From the NCBI GenBank assembly GCA_035632675.1, contig DASQGJ010000050.1:69619-133618 (forward strand): DNA of 64,000 nt, read 5' to 3'. Shown here piece after piece: positions 1 through 9,895 of the stretch (the stretch's first letter is position 1; every line of letters starts with the position of its first letter). Source of the stretch: Candidatus Dormiibacterota bacterium (lineage in GTDB: Bacteria; Acidobacteriota; Terriglobia; Terriglobales; Acidobacteriaceae). The position numbers were made by a program, and so were the translations under genes. The notes below the pieces were generated by a model. The model searched no databases and was not told the DNA's origin. It was given only the letters and a program-made list of their open reading frames with translations.

Positions 1-209
1 TTCTGCCGGAAGCGTAGGAGCAGGCTTTGAGCGTCCGGCTTTTGTGTGGAGCGGGCACTCTTGCCCGCTGGTCCTTGGCAGGTGGTGAGAGTTCGCGGGC
101 AGGAGTGCCCGCGCCACATGCCCCTGACGTCCGACGCCCGGACTCCCCTTCCTTTCTCTCTTCTCGCCACAAGTGATATGTTTCCTTCAAGCCCCGAACC
201 GGAGATGCT

Positions 210-1601
210 GTGGCGCGGACTTCTGCCAAAATTGTGTGTGCGATGTTGTTGTTGTGGGCGGCTGCCACTGCCGCGGCGCAGAATTTTGGTCCGCCACGGC
301 TGATCAAGAGCGTGCGCATCGTGCATGAGAAGGGGGTTCCGGCGGTTGAGATTCTTTCCAGTGGCACGGTGATCCCCGAAATTCAATCGCTCGATTCCCC
401 GCCGCGGCTGGTCATCGATCTGCCCAACTCGCGGCTCGGACCGATCGAAAAGCGAATTGAGATCCAGAAGGAAAACATTCTGGCGATCCGAGTCAACCAG
501 TTCCGCAATAACCCTCCAGTCACGCGCATCGTGCTCGACCTGGTTGCGCCGTATGGCCATTCGTGGGACGGAGCGGGTAATCGTCTAATGGTGCGCCTGA
601 AGCCGCCCGAGGATGTGAATGCCGGGAAGAAGACGTCTCCGGAGCCGCTGACTGCGCCCGGATTCACGTTGACTGCGAACGCAGCGGTGGTGCCGGTCAC
701 GGGCGAAGCAGGCTCGGCGTCGATCGATGCGAACCGCCTGTCGACGGGATCATCGGTGACCGCAGGGTCGGATACAACGATTCTGCATCTTTCGCGCGGG
801 GGCGAAGTGCGAGTGTGCCCCGGGACCACGCTGTCGGTGAATGCATCGCAGAGCAAGCGCGATTTGATGTTTGGTATGAGCACGGGAGCGATGGAGGCGC
901 ACTACGCGCTGAAGGCGTCGGCGGACTCGGTGCTCACGCCGGATTTCCGCATCATGTTTGCGGGGCCGGGGGAATTTCACTACGCGATCAGCGCCGACTC
1001 GCACGGCAACACCTGTGTGCGTGCGCTGCGGGGGAATACCTCGTCGGCGATCGTTGCCGAGTTGATGGGCGACCGCATCTATCAGGTCAAGCCGAACGAG
1101 CAGGCCGTGTTCCGCTCGGGACAGATCGACAAGGTGGATACCGACGTTCCGCTGGAATGTGGATGCCCTCCTCCGCGACCTCTGTTGCAGGCCGACACGC
1201 CTCCGGTGCAGACTGTGCCCAACACGGAGTTGGCGGGGAAGGTGAGTTTGGGTGCGGGATCGGCAGGCGCGAGCGCCGGTAACAGCTCGGCTGCGAATTC
1301 CACAGGCACGCGGTTAACGAACGGTCCGGAGACGGCGCCACTGCCGCCTTCGCCAGCGAACGAGGTGCACGTCTCGGTCGATGCGCCGTTTGTGTTTAAC
1401 GCGAAGGATCGCGCCGCGGCCAAATCGGCGCCATCGCCGGTGCCGGATGCGCCCAGGGACTTACCGGCTGAGTCATCTCCGGAGCGGCAGGTTCATCTTG
1501 ATCCGGTGATTCAACCGCCGCCTCCGCCGGCGGAGGTCAAGCCGGAGCACCCCGGATTCTTCCGGCGGGTGGGGAGATTCTTCTCGGCGATCTTCAAGTG
1601 A
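210..1601 (+). CDS. AMIN domain-containing secreted protein
   Basis: N-terminal signal peptide ([12 protein letters not shown]). It is followed by an AMIN-like module ([18 protein letters not shown]...[13 protein letters not shown]...[22 protein letters not shown]). The C-terminus is Pro/Ala-rich. The start could be GTG 210 or ATG 243. Confidence 0.6.
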   Translation: MARTSAKIVCAMLLLWAAATAAAQNFGPPRLIKSVRIVHEKGVPAVEILSSGTVIPEIQSLDSPPRLVIDLPNSRLGPIEKRIEIQKENILAIRVNQFRNNPPVTRIVLDLVAPYGHSWDGAGNRLMVRLKPPEDVNAGKKTSPEPLTAPGFTLTANAAVVPVTGEAGSASIDANRLSTGSSVTAGSDTTILHLSRGGEVRVCPGTTLSVNASQSKRDLMFGMSTGAMEAHYALKASADSVLTPDFRIMFAGPGEFHYAISADSHGNTCVRALRGNTSSAIVAELMGDRIYQVKPNEQAVFRSGQIDKVDTDVPLECGCPPPRPLLQADTPPVQTVPNTELAGKVSLGAGSAGASAGNSSAANSTGTRLTNGPETAPLPPSPANEVHVSVDAPFVFNAKDRAAAKSAPSPVPDAPRDLPAESSPERQVHLDPVIQPPPPPAEVKPEHPGFFRRVGRFFSAIFK

Positions 1602-1941
1602 TCCGGGGTAGTAGTTGGCCCTGACGGGCTTTCCAAGTGAGGGTCTTCACATCGATGTCATCCTGAAACTCGGCGAAGCCGAGTTGAAGGACCGTACGTC
1701 GGTGTCAAGGCTTGATGCAGTGTACGGGAACCGTCTACGCTGCTTAGGTCAGAGGTATCCTCGTTCACGACCGAGCCTGGGGCGCGTTTCGTCGCGTTCC
1801 TCCGAGAGCTATCGCTCTCATCAGAATGACATCCCTCGAAGCGCACTGCTAAGTCTGTAGCCGAGTTCCCCCTCGGATATCCATTTTGTTCAATTCCGCG
1901 TCTTACTTTTCGATACACATCCCTGTCGGCAGGAGCGCGCC

Positions 1942-2757
1942 ATGACTGCAGCACCTCCGGGCCTCACTTTGTTTTCGATACTGAGGGGTGAAGAAGAGAT
2001 TCTTTCGCGAAGGCGAGAGACATTTGCGGCGTCCCTGATCGGCCAGGCCGGCATTCTGGCGCTGATCATCTACTTCACAACCTGTGTGATGGAAGGGCCC
2101 ACGCTCGTGCGCCCGATACTTGATTTGTCGAGGAACCCGATTTTCTACGGCTCCAACGGCGGGGGCGGAGGCAATCACGACGAGTTGCCGGCGTCGACGG
2201 GAAGCCTGCCGCGTGCGTCACTCGATCCACCCATCGTGCCCGCCACGGTGATCGTGCCGAAGGAGACTCACCGGTTGATGGTGGAGCAGTCCGTGGAAAT
2301 GGCTCCGGATGTGAGGTACCCCGTGAGCGGACAGATCGGCGACCCGAATTCACCATTCTCGCAGTGGCTTTCGAACGGCAAAGGTGGGCCGGGCGGCATC
2401 GGTGATCAGGGATGTTGCGACGGAGATGGGAACTCGCGTGGGCCATATGCCGGTAATGGAACGCCCGGGCTTCGTCCTGGCCGAGGCGGGGTGAGCATGC
2501 CGCAAGCCATTTACAGTCCGGAGCCGAGTTTCTCGGACGAGGCCCGAAAAGCCAAGGTGCAAGGGATTGTGCTGCTGATGGTCGTGGTCGGGAAAGACGG
2601 GCGTCCCTACGACATCCATGTGCGGCAGAGTTTAGGGATGGGGCTCGACGAGAAGGCGATCGAAGCGGTGAAGAATTGGCGCTTCCGCCCGGCGACCTTC
2701 AACGGCCAGCCGGTGGCGACGCAGATTGCGGTGGAAGTGGATTTCCACTTGTACTGA
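1942..2757 (+). CDS. energy transducer TonB family protein
   Basis: N-terminal TM helix, Gly/Pro-rich linker and a C-terminal TonB_C pattern (PEPSFSDEARKAKVQGIVLLMVVVGKDGRPYDIHVRQSLGMGLDEKAIEAVKNWRFRPATFNGQPV). Confidence 0.75.
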   Translation: MTAAPPGLTLFSILRGEEEILSRRRETFAASLIGQAGILALIIYFTTCVMEGPTLVRPILDLSRNPIFYGSNGGGGGNHDELPASTGSLPRASLDPPIVPATVIVPKETHRLMVEQSVEMAPDVRYPVSGQIGDPNSPFSQWLSNGKGGPGGIGDQGCCDGDGNSRGPYAGNGTPGLRPGRGGVSMPQAIYSPEPSFSDEARKAKVQGIVLLMVVVGKDGRPYDIHVRQSLGMGLDEKAIEAVKNWRFRPATFNGQPVATQIAVEVDFHLY

Positions 2758-2766
2758 GGGACAAGG

Positions 2767-2858
2767 CGTCAGACCTCAGACCGCGGACCTCAGGCCGCAT
2801 GCTGATCTGCACTGAGGTCGGAGGCTGAAGTCCGAGGTGCAACGCCTGAGGTCCGACG
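2767..2858. repeat. imperfect palindrome built from GACCTCAG/CTGAGGTC units
   Basis: cggacctcagg (2784-2794) is the exact reverse complement of cctgaggtccg (2845-2855). gacctcag (2772-2779) pairs with ctgaggtc (2812-2819). The element lies between convergent gene ends and is a likely bidirectional terminator. Confidence 0.6.
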
Positions 2859-2862
2859 TCCG

Positions 2863-3177
2863 CTAGCTTCGGGTGATCACGCGGCGCAGGGGTTCCGCCT
2901 TTTCTCGGAGATCGTCGGCGAGATCGACGCCACGGCTGGCGACATCGCGGACCTTCTCACCTACTTCGCGGGCGCGGTCCTTGGCTTCATCGGCCCAATC
3001 GCCGATGCTGTCCTTGGCGTCTTCGTATCCGCGCCGCAGGTCGCGGCGGAATTGCTTGCCGGTCTTGGGGGCGAGCAGCAGTCCGGCCAGCGCGCCGGCG
3101 CCCAACCCGATCAACAGAAACGTGATGGCGGTGCCGATGTGGCTGCCTTCGGAAGATTCATAGCGTCCGCTTGACAT
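2863..3177 (-). CDS. YtxH domain-containing protein
   Basis: TM helix followed by APKTGKQFRRDLRRGYEDAKDSIGDWADEAKDRAREVGEKVRD, the YtxH pattern. The internal ATG at 3177 (MSSGRYE) is preferred over the ORF-track start at 3294. Confidence 0.65.
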   Translation of the reverse strand: MSSGRYESSEGSHIGTAITFLLIGLGAGALAGLLLAPKTGKQFRRDLRRGYEDAKDSIGDWADEAKDRAREVGEKVRDVASRGVDLADDLREKAEPLRRVITRS

Positions 3178-3300
3178 AATGAAAACCTCATTTTCCCGCG
3201 TCCAGACGCCGGGTTGTAAACCGTGTCGACCCGGATAGGCGCGTTCAAACAATTCTAGTCCTATGGCGGGAAACGCGTGTATCCAGAGTTTCACCTAGAT

Positions 3301-3348
3301 CAAGGTTTCAAAGTTTCAAGGTTTCAAAAGGTTTCACGGTTCCAAAAC
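3301..3348. repeat. tandem GGTTTCA(A) heptamer/octamer run
   Basis: caaggtttcaaagtttcaaggtttcaaaaggtttcacggttccaaaac. It uses the same unit as the palindrome at 4715-4841. Confidence 0.5.
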
Positions 3349-3387
3349 GGGATGGAGTCGTTCGGCTAAAGACGACGGACTCCGTTC

Positions 3388-3463
3388 GTAGAGACGCTAG
3401 CAGCGCCACGAAAGCCGGAGTTTGAGCTTCTGCTGGCAGAGACGTTGCAAGCAACGTCTCTAC
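3388..3463. repeat. AGAGACGTTGC palindrome with alternative upstream partner
   Basis: agagacgttgc (3438-3448) and gcaacgtctct (3451-3461) are perfect complements. gtagagacg (3388-3396) is complementary to cgtctctac (3455-3463). Confidence 0.55.
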
Positions 3464-3607
3464 GAGAGGTACATTCGGGTTCCGCGGTTTCCTTTCCGGC
3501 GCAGCCGCGTGTAAAATAACGCTTTAGCCCCTGTGGCGGCGGAACTTGTGGCTTGCCCGCCTTCCGCCGGCTTCAACCAGCAATCGTACAAGGAGAGTTT
3601 TCGAGCG

Positions 3608-4168
3608 ATGTCGATCCCTGCCACCCAGCTACGTCCCGGCATGATCATCAAGCACAACAATGATCTGCATTCCGTTTTCAGCGTGGAGCACCGCACTCCG
3701 GGCAACCTGCGCGCCTTCATCCAGGCCAAATTGCGCAACCTGCGCACCGGCGCCATGTTCGAGCACCGCTTTCGCTCGCCCGACCCGATCGAGAAGGTCA
3801 ACGTGGACGAAGTCGAGATGCAGTTCCTCTACGCTGACGGCGACAGCTACTACTTCATGGACATCGCCAACTACGAGCAGACCCACCTGACCAAGGAAAT
3901 TCTGGGCGACGCGGTCGAGTACCTGATCCCGAACCTCGAGATCAAGGTGGAGTTTTTTGACGGCAAGGCGGTCGGGATCGAGCTGCCGCAGACCGTCATC
4001 CTGACCGTGATTGAGACCGAGCCCGGGCTGAAGAGCGCCACCGCTTCGAGCGTCACCAAGGCCGCGAGGACCGAGACCGGACTGGTCGTGCAGGTGCCGC
4101 CCTTCATCAACGAAGGCGAGAAGATCAAGGTGGATACGTCGGAAGGGGCGTATCTGTCGCGAGCGTAA
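3608..4168 (+). CDS. efp: elongation factor P
   Basis: Full-length EF-P pattern (MSIPATQLRPGMIIKHNNDLHSV...HRTPGNLRAFIQAKLRNLRTG...ETEPGLKSATASSVTKAARTETGLVVQVPPFINEGEKIKVDT). AAGGAGAG lies upstream of ATG 3608. The longer track ORF start at 3533 is unlikely. Confidence 0.9.
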   Translation: MSIPATQLRPGMIIKHNNDLHSVFSVEHRTPGNLRAFIQAKLRNLRTGAMFEHRFRSPDPIEKVNVDEVEMQFLYADGDSYYFMDIANYEQTHLTKEILGDAVEYLIPNLEIKVEFFDGKAVGIELPQTVILTVIETEPGLKSATASSVTKAARTETGLVVQVPPFINEGEKIKVDTSEGAYLSRA

Positions 4169-4173
4169 GTTTT

Positions 4174-4398
4174 TTGTCATCCTGAGCGAAGTTGCCGTCC
4201 GCGAAGCGGACGGCAGCGCAGTCGAAGGATCCCCTGTCTGTAGGTACCAGTGATGACATATCAGGAAGCTTCAGCCACGACATTCGACTGCATCGTGAGA
4301 ACGCCTCTTCCTGTCGATTGTTCTGCCGGCAGAAAGGGATCCTTCGACTGCGAATCAGCTTCGCTTTCGAGAAGTTGATTCTCCGCTCAGGATGACAA
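4174..4398. repeat. nested palindromic element with TTGTCATCCTGAGCG / CGCTCAGGATGACAA termini
   Basis: The termini at 4174-4188 and 4384-4398 are exact inverted repeats. Inner pairs are gccgtccgc/gcggacggc and gtcgaaggatccc/gggatccttcgac. A second, shorter copy lies at 17726-17814. Confidence 0.7.
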
Positions 4399-4405
4399 CT
4401 GCGAA

Positions 4406-4705
4406 ATGACTTCAGCCGACAAACCCATTCAGGCGCGCCGTTTTCTGGTGCGCGGACGTGTTCAAGGGGTGGGCTTCCGCTGGTTTGTGGAGCGCGAGGC
4501 GCATATCCTCGGCATCGCGGGGTGGGTTCGTAACAATCACGACGGCAGCGTGGAAGTTCTCGCGCAGGGAACGCGCGACCAACTTTCCGGGCTGCACTCG
4601 CGCTTGCGCGAAGGGCCGCGGGCAGCGCGAGTTGACGCCGTTGAAGTATCCGAGGCGAGCGCCGCTTCCGGGCTTAGTTCATTTCGAATTGAAGGAGCCT
4701 GGTAG
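4406..4705 (+). CDS. acyP: acylphosphatase
   Basis: 99 aa with VRGRVQGVGFRWFV...GWVRNNHDGSVEVLAQG, the two acylphosphatase signature stretches. Confidence 0.85.
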   Translation: MTSADKPIQARRFLVRGRVQGVGFRWFVEREAHILGIAGWVRNNHDGSVEVLAQGTRDQLSGLHSRLREGPRAARVDAVEVSEASAASGLSSFRIEGAW

Positions 4706-4714
4706 GGTGAAGAG

Positions 4715-4841
4715 CAAGGTTTCAGAGTTTCAACGTTTCAAGGTTGCAAAGAAACTGCGCGTGAGTCGTTGCCCACGACTTGAAGCCAAGTCTTTGAAAC
4801 CTTGAAACTCTGAAACCTTGAAACTCTGAAACCTTGAAACG
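4715..4841. repeat. palindrome built from GGTTTCA / TGAAACC units
   Basis: The left arm is caaggtttcagagtttcaacgtttcaaggttgcaaagaaac. The right arm is gtctttgaaaccttgaaactctgaaaccttgaaactctgaaaccttgaaacg. The central hairpin is agtcgt/acgact. Confidence 0.65.
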
Positions 4842-4862
4842 TTAACTCATAGGAGCTAGTGA

Positions 4863-5408
4863 ATGTCCCCTGTCTCGGCCGCAGAAGTCGATCATCTGAA
4901 GAAACTCATCCGCGAAGTGCCGGATTTCCCGAAGAAGGGGATTCTCTTCTACGACATCACGACGCTGCTGAAAGACAAGACCGGCCTCGCCATGCTGATC
5001 GACAAATTGTCGGAGCATTACATCGCGCAGGACGTCGATCTGGTGCTGGGGATGGAAGCTCGCGGATTCATCTTTGCCCCGGCGCTGGCTTATCGCTTGA
5101 ATGCGGGATTCATTCCCGTGCGCAAGCCCGGCAAGCTTCCAGCGGAGTGCGTGAGCTACGATTACGCGCTGGAATACGGCTCGAATACGCTGCAGATTCA
5201 CAAGGACGCGATACAGAAGGGGCAGCGTGTGCTGATCGTCGATGACCTGCTCGCGACCGGCGGCACGGCGGAAGCGACCGCGAAGCTGGCGGAATCTCTG
5301 GGCGCGAAGATCGCGGGGCTGGGGTTTGTGGTAGAGCTGGATTTTCTGAAGGGCCGCGACAAGCTGAAAGGCCATGACGTGATGTCGCTGCTGCACTACG
5401 ACAAGTGA
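4863..5408 (+). CDS. apt: adenine phosphoribosyltransferase
   Basis: 181 aa with the PRPP-binding motif [14 protein letters not shown] and the typical Apt N-terminus ([21 protein letters not shown]). Confidence 0.9.
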   Translation: MSPVSAAEVDHLKKLIREVPDFPKKGILFYDITTLLKDKTGLAMLIDKLSEHYIAQDVDLVLGMEARGFIFAPALAYRLNAGFIPVRKPGKLPAECVSYDYALEYGSNTLQIHKDAIQKGQRVLIVDDLLATGGTAEATAKLAESLGAKIAGLGFVVELDFLKGRDKLKGHDVMSLLHYDK

Positions 5409-5424
5409 GTTTGGGAGGTTCGCT

Positions 5425-6414
5425 TTGAAGCTAACCGTCTACTTCCTGGTCGCCACCATCTTGGCGCCCTGCGTGAGTCTTGCCGAGGATGCTGCTCTTC
5501 AAAAAGAGGCGGGCGATTTGTTCGCTCAGGCTGCGACCCGTCAAGGTCTCCGGTCACCTGGAGACAAACCATATATTTTGCGAATACGGTTCCACGCTGA
5601 CCATATAGTTCCAAAACCAATAGATGGGCAGTACGAAGAGATATGGATCTCTCCCGACCAATGGCGAAGACAATTCGTGCTCTCGGGATTTAAGCAGGTC
5701 GAAATCGGAACTGCTGATTCGAAGTGGGTAAGCCGGAACCTTGATTTCAGGCCACAACCCGCGTACCTGTTGGCAGTGGCTCTCGATGCCTTTATCGAGC
5801 CCAAGCGGAGTTTGGAAGAAAAGTTCACGTCGATTCGCCGCAAGAAGAATAAGGGTTCGGAACTGCGTTGCGTCGAGCTAGAGACGGATAGCACAAGATC
5901 GAAACGTGAGTTCTGCTTCGATGACTCGGGTCTTCTGGTTTCTGAAGAATACGTGAAACAGCGGTTTGAGTACGCAGATTTCGGGAAGTTCGGCGAGAAG
6001 AGTTTCCCGCGAAGTATTCGCATCTATGAGGACGACAGAAAGGTCCTTGAGCTAAGCGCAGAAGATCCAACCGCCCCTGCTGAGCCTCGCCCCGAGGTGT
6101 TTCAGCCCGATGGCAGCGCTCGCCAGTTCGCTCCTTGTGAACGGTGGCCGGCGATCCCAACGAAAAAGGTTCCGCCACAATATCCCCGAGAAGCACGAGA
6201 CGCGCATCAACAAGGGACCGTAACAGTCTATGCGGTCGTGGCTGGCGATGGACGGGTAGGGAAAACAAAGGTGATAGAGAGCGCGGGCCCAGCTCTGGAT
6301 CAAGCTTCGCTCGACGCAGTCGGGCAATGGGTGTATGCGCCTGTCAGCTGCGGTACTCATCCGTTGGATACGGAGATTGAAGTTCGAGTGAACTACGCGC
6401 TGAGCCGCGATTAG
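5425..6414 (+). CDS. secreted TonB C-terminal domain-containing protein
   Basis: Signal peptide. C-terminal TonB_C-like pattern (PPQYPREARDAHQQGTVTVYAVVAGDGRVGKTKVIESAGPALDQASLDAVGQWVYAP). Confidence 0.6.
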   Translation: MKLTVYFLVATILAPCVSLAEDAALQKEAGDLFAQAATRQGLRSPGDKPYILRIRFHADHIVPKPIDGQYEEIWISPDQWRRQFVLSGFKQVEIGTADSKWVSRNLDFRPQPAYLLAVALDAFIEPKRSLEEKFTSIRRKKNKGSELRCVELETDSTRSKREFCFDDSGLLVSEEYVKQRFEYADFGKFGEKSFPRSIRIYEDDRKVLELSAEDPTAPAEPRPEVFQPDGSARQFAPCERWPAIPTKKVPPQYPREARDAHQQGTVTVYAVVAGDGRVGKTKVIESAGPALDQASLDAVGQWVYAPVSCGTHPLDTEIEVRVNYALSRD

Positions 6415-6459
6415 GACGAAACGGGCTGGAGCGTCCTCCCCTGAGTGAAGACGAAAATG

Positions 6460-6495
6460 GGGCCAGCGCTGGTTGACGCTGGCCCGTTTTCTTTT
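6460..6495. terminator. hairpin plus T-run between convergent genes
   Basis: gggccagcg (6460-6468) pairs with cgctggccc (6477-6485). It is followed by gttttctttt. Confidence 0.5.
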
Positions 6496-6514
6496 CGATC
6501 GATGAAAACCGTGG

Positions 6515-6862
6515 TTACTTCACAAGGCGCGCGATCAGCAGGGCCACGCCTGCCCAAAACGTGGCGCTGATGGCCAGCGAGAGCGCCAGGCCGGAAATCG
6601 CTCCCCAGTTGATGCGTCTGCGCACACTCGTTCCATCTGTGTGAGTGTCGTCCTCAAGCCAGGAACTCAGAAATCCGTTGTCGCCGAGGCCGCCATCGAG
6701 GCCGACCCAGCGCAGCGGGATTGCTCGCATGCGAACTGCGCGGGTGCTTGTCTGCGGGGGAAACTGCAGCAGCCTGGAACTCATGAAGCACCTCCTCGCA
6801 TCGGATTGCAACTCGCTTGCCATTTCAACCGCAGCGCAACTGCTTGAAACTAAGAGGAACAT
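6515..6862 (-). CDS. hypothetical tail-anchored membrane protein
   Basis: Only a C-terminal TM helix (WGAISGLALSLAISATFWAGVALLIARLV) is recognisable. The start is uncertain (6862, 6823 or 6784). No family was recognised. Confidence 0.3.
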   Translation of the reverse strand: MFLLVSSSCAAVEMASELQSDARRCFMSSRLLQFPPQTSTRAVRMRAIPLRWVGLDGGLGDNGFLSSWLEDDTHTDGTSVRRRINWGAISGLALSLAISATFWAGVALLIARLVK

Positions 6863-7019
6863 TGCCAGTGCAGGGTTGCTGAACTCCCGAACCGGGTCAA
6901 AAATCCCAACTCAGCCGGACCATTTCTGCGCGATTCTTCTTAACCCCATCGCTGGCATTACCCCGGCGACTGTCCTTTGGGACAAAACACCTTCTCTGCT
7001 GGGAAGTTTCGATCCGTTT

Positions 7020-7277
7020 TTACTTCTCTGCCAGTGACAAGTGCGAGTCCTTGGGCAGGTATCCCTTGCGGCGGAACCAGTCCTCCATGGATTCCCTGAG
7101 TTGCTCGAGGGAAACACTGGAGCCGATCTCCATCTCGCCGTCGGAAACAGGAAGCGTGTCGTCGAAGACGGAGGCATTGGTGAAATTGCGCATGGAGAAA
7201 GAGTCGAGCCACTTCAGCGGGCAGGAAAGGCGGCGGCCGCTGTCTTCGTACTCCACGCGAATCTTGCGGGCGAACAT
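7020..7277 (-). CDS. hypothetical protein
   Basis: 85-aa ORF from ATG 7277 (MFARKIRVEYEDSGRR...). Composition looks coding. No family was recognised. Confidence 0.35.
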   Translation of the reverse strand: MFARKIRVEYEDSGRRLSCPLKWLDSFSMRNFTNASVFDDTLPVSDGEMEIGSSVSLEQLRESMEDWFRRKGYLPKDSHLSLAEK

Positions 7278-7301
7278 GGATTGATTTAACCACAGAAGAC
7301 T

Positions 7302-7391
7302 GGCCACGGATTTGCACGGATTGTCACGGATACTTCTTGAGGGTTTTCTATTTCACGGTGTATCCGTGAATATCCATGAAGATCCGTGGCC
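7302..7391. repeat. CACGGAT/ATCCGTG-unit palindrome, copy 1
   Basis: ggccacggatttgcacggattgtcacggatac ... gtatccgtgaatatccatgaagatccgtggcc. Confidence 0.7.
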
Positions 7392-7575
7392 AGGGATTTT
7401 CAGACCGGCCATCTCGCCCGCTGCCGCCTGCATCCACGGCTGCAGGTACCGTGCTCGGTGTCTAAATGCTCGGGAACCGCCTGCGCAAGGAAAGGCGCGT
7501 CGCTCGTTCTTTCCATGACGTCGGAACATGACGTTGCATCTGGCCTTTCAGGCGGACTCGCTTGACGGAGGAACC

Positions 7576-9792
7576 ATGCGTTCGCTGAAAACTGCAGTGT
7601 TGTGGGTGGCTCTGGCTTCAATCTCGTTCGGACAGGCTTCGATTCTTACCACCGGTGCTGGGGACGCGGCTCGTCTGCCGGTGACGCGCGTCATTCTCTA
7701 CAAAAATGGCGTTGGATATTTCGAGCACTCCGGCCACGTGCGCGGCAGCCAGGACGTGAATGTCGATTTCACGACGGCGCAACTGAACGACGTGCTGAAG
7801 TCGCTCACCGTGCTCGATCTGGGCAAGGGACGCATCACCGGGGTCAGTTACAACTCTACGGCACCGCTCGAAAAGCGGCTGGGATCGCTGCGTTTGCCGG
7901 TGGGTGAGAATCCGACGACGGCGCAGTTTCTCGACGCGCTGCGCGGGGCCCGCGTAGAAGTTCACAGCGGATCATCCACAGCTTCTGGGCGGCTGCTGAG
8001 CATCGAGGAGCGGGAAGTGATCCGCGACGCGCCCAAGGGCGAAGGCGATGACGAAAGGCCGGGCGGAAAGATTGGGCTGACGCAGGTCTCGCTGGTCACA
8101 GATTCGGGTGAGGTGCGCATCTTCGACCTGACGCCGTCGACCACGGTGCGCGTCGTGGAAAAAGAGGTGAACGATGAAGTTGGAAAATATATGGGGCTGG
8201 TGGCCTCGACGCGGGATCAGGACGTTCGCCGCATGACGATCTCGACCGCAGGCGACGGCGAGCGCAATCTGCTGGTCAGCTACATCAGCGAAGTTCCGGT
8301 GTGGAAGAGTACGTACCGCATTGTGATTCCGAGCGAAGGCAAGCCACTGCTGCAGGGTTGGGCGATCGTCGACAATACGGTGGGGGAAGACTGGGACAAC
8401 GTTGAATTGTCGCTGGTGGCGGGGGCTCCGCAGTCGTTCGTGCAGGAACTATCGCAGCCGTACTATGCGCGGCGTCCGGTAGTGGGGCTGCCGGAGAATG
8501 CGATGCTGAGTCCGCAGACGCATGAGGCGACGATGGAGGAGCAGACAACCGTGGTGAATGGGCAGCTTATAGCGCCGACAAAAATTGTGCCGCCATCGGT
8601 TGGAATACCGCAGCGGACCCGTGCCGGTGTTGTGGGGGGAGCTGTTGGTGGTCCTGCTTACGGCGACAGAAAGCAGTTTGAGTACAATGCCGGTGAGATC
8701 GGCACCAGCACGGCCCTTGCTCTGCGGTCTCCGAAGCCGGCACCTCCGCCGCCGCCGCGCACGGATGCCAACGCCATCGTCGACAATCTCGAGTCGGGCA
8801 CCACCGTCGGCCAGTCCCAGGAACTGGGCGACCTGTTCGAATACAAGCTCAGCGATCGCGTGACCATCCGCAAGAACCAGTCGGCGCTGGTGCCGATTCT
8901 GCAGTCGCGCATCGATGCGGAGAAAGTTTCCGTCTGGAATCCTTCGGAGAGTTCCGTGCTGCGGGCTCTGTGGGTCAACAACACCAGCGACCTCACACTC
9001 GATGGCGGCAGCTTCAACGTTCTCGAAGGCGACGCTTTCGCGGGCGAGGGCCTGATGAGCGCCATCAAGCCGGGCGAGAAGCGCCTGCTGTCCTACGCCG
9101 CCGATCTGGGCGTGCTGGTCGACGCCAAACAGAAATTCGAGAACCAGCGCGTCACCAAGGTTGTGATCGCGCATGGCACGATGACGCAATCGACACAAGA
9201 ACGCCAGGAGAGCAGTTACACCATTCGCAACCGCGACACCGAAAAGCGGGTGCTGGTGGTGGAGCATCCGGCGCGCGCGGGCTGGAAACTCGCCGACGAT
9301 GTAACTCCGGTAGAGAGTTCCGCGTCGTACCATCGCTTCCGCATCGCGGTCGATCCCAAGAAGACGACGACGCTGACGGTGAAGGAGTATCACCCGATCA
9401 TGAATCGCTATGTCATCACCAACATCAGCGACGCCGAAGTCAAGATGTTCCTCGACCAGAAGATGATCAACACCGAGGTAGAGAAGGCGCTGCGCAAGAT
9501 CATGGCGCAGAAGAACGACATCGCCGTGATCGACGCGGTGATTACCGGCCGTCGCGGCCAGATCTCGAGCATCTCCGAAGATCAGCAGCGCGTGCGCGAG
9601 AACATGAAGGCGTTGAAGGGCAGTGCGGAAGAGAAAGCGCTGGTCGAGCGCTACGTCCGCCAACTGAACGAGCAGGAAGACCGCATGCAATCACTGCGCA
9701 AAGAGATCAGCGAGATGCAGCAGAAGCGCGACGCGGCGCAGAGCACGCTGAACGGCATGGTCGAAGCGCTGACCATGGACGTGACGCTGTAG
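7576..9792 (+). CDS. DUF4139-like large secreted protein with C-terminal coiled coil
   Basis: GGAGGA lies before ATG 7576 and a signal peptide follows. VTRVILYKNGVGYFEH..., LLVSYISEVPVWKSTYRIV... and GWAIVDNTVGEDWDNVELSLVAGAPQSF resemble the DUF4139 / MuiA-like family from memory. The last roughly 130 aa are heptad-rich. Confidence 0.55.
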   Translation: MRSLKTAVLWVALASISFGQASILTTGAGDAARLPVTRVILYKNGVGYFEHSGHVRGSQDVNVDFTTAQLNDVLKSLTVLDLGKGRITGVSYNSTAPLEKRLGSLRLPVGENPTTAQFLDALRGARVEVHSGSSTASGRLLSIEEREVIRDAPKGEGDDERPGGKIGLTQVSLVTDSGEVRIFDLTPSTTVRVVEKEVNDEVGKYMGLVASTRDQDVRRMTISTAGDGERNLLVSYISEVPVWKSTYRIVIPSEGKPLLQGWAIVDNTVGEDWDNVELSLVAGAPQSFVQELSQPYYARRPVVGLPENAMLSPQTHEATMEEQTTVVNGQLIAPTKIVPPSVGIPQRTRAGVVGGAVGGPAYGDRKQFEYNAGEIGTSTALALRSPKPAPPPPPRTDANAIVDNLESGTTVGQSQELGDLFEYKLSDRVTIRKNQSALVPILQSRIDAEKVSVWNPSESSVLRALWVNNTSDLTLDGGSFNVLEGDAFAGEGLMSAIKPGEKRLLSYAADLGVLVDAKQKFENQRVTKVVIAHGTMTQSTQERQESSYTIRNRDTEKRVLVVEHPARAGWKLADDVTPVESSASYHRFRIAVDPKKTTTLTVKEYHPIMNRYVITNISDAEVKMFLDQKMINTEVEKALRKIMAQKNDIAVIDAVITGRRGQISSISEDQQRVRENMKALKGSAEEKALVERYVRQLNEQEDRMQSLRKEISEMQQKRDAAQSTLNGMVEALTMDVTL

Positions 9793-9800
9793 GAGGAATG

Positions 9801-9895
9801 AATTGTTGATTGATGATTGATGATTGTTGATTGAAAAAGCCTCGCGTTCGCGCCTTGGTTTTCAATCCGCAATCAACAATCAAAAATCAGCAATT
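9801..9895. repeat. TTGATTG/CAATCAA-unit palindrome
   Basis: aattgttgattgatgattgatgattgttgattgaaaa ... ttttcaatccgcaatcaacaatcaaaaatcagcaatt. It lies between the convergent stops of the DUF4139-like gene and pckA and is a probable bidirectional terminator. Confidence 0.65.

Noticed and set aside
46-303. 85-aa ORF at the left edge.
   Set aside because: It overlaps the signal-peptide region of the AMIN-domain gene in another frame. Its composition is Cys/Arg/Pro-rich and no motif was recognised.
3301-4841. Short tandem repeats (GGTTTCA units and similar families elsewhere), considered as possible CRISPR arrays.
   Set aside because: The period is only 7-9 nt with no unique spacers. The arms are mutually complementary. 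No cas genes are present in the window.
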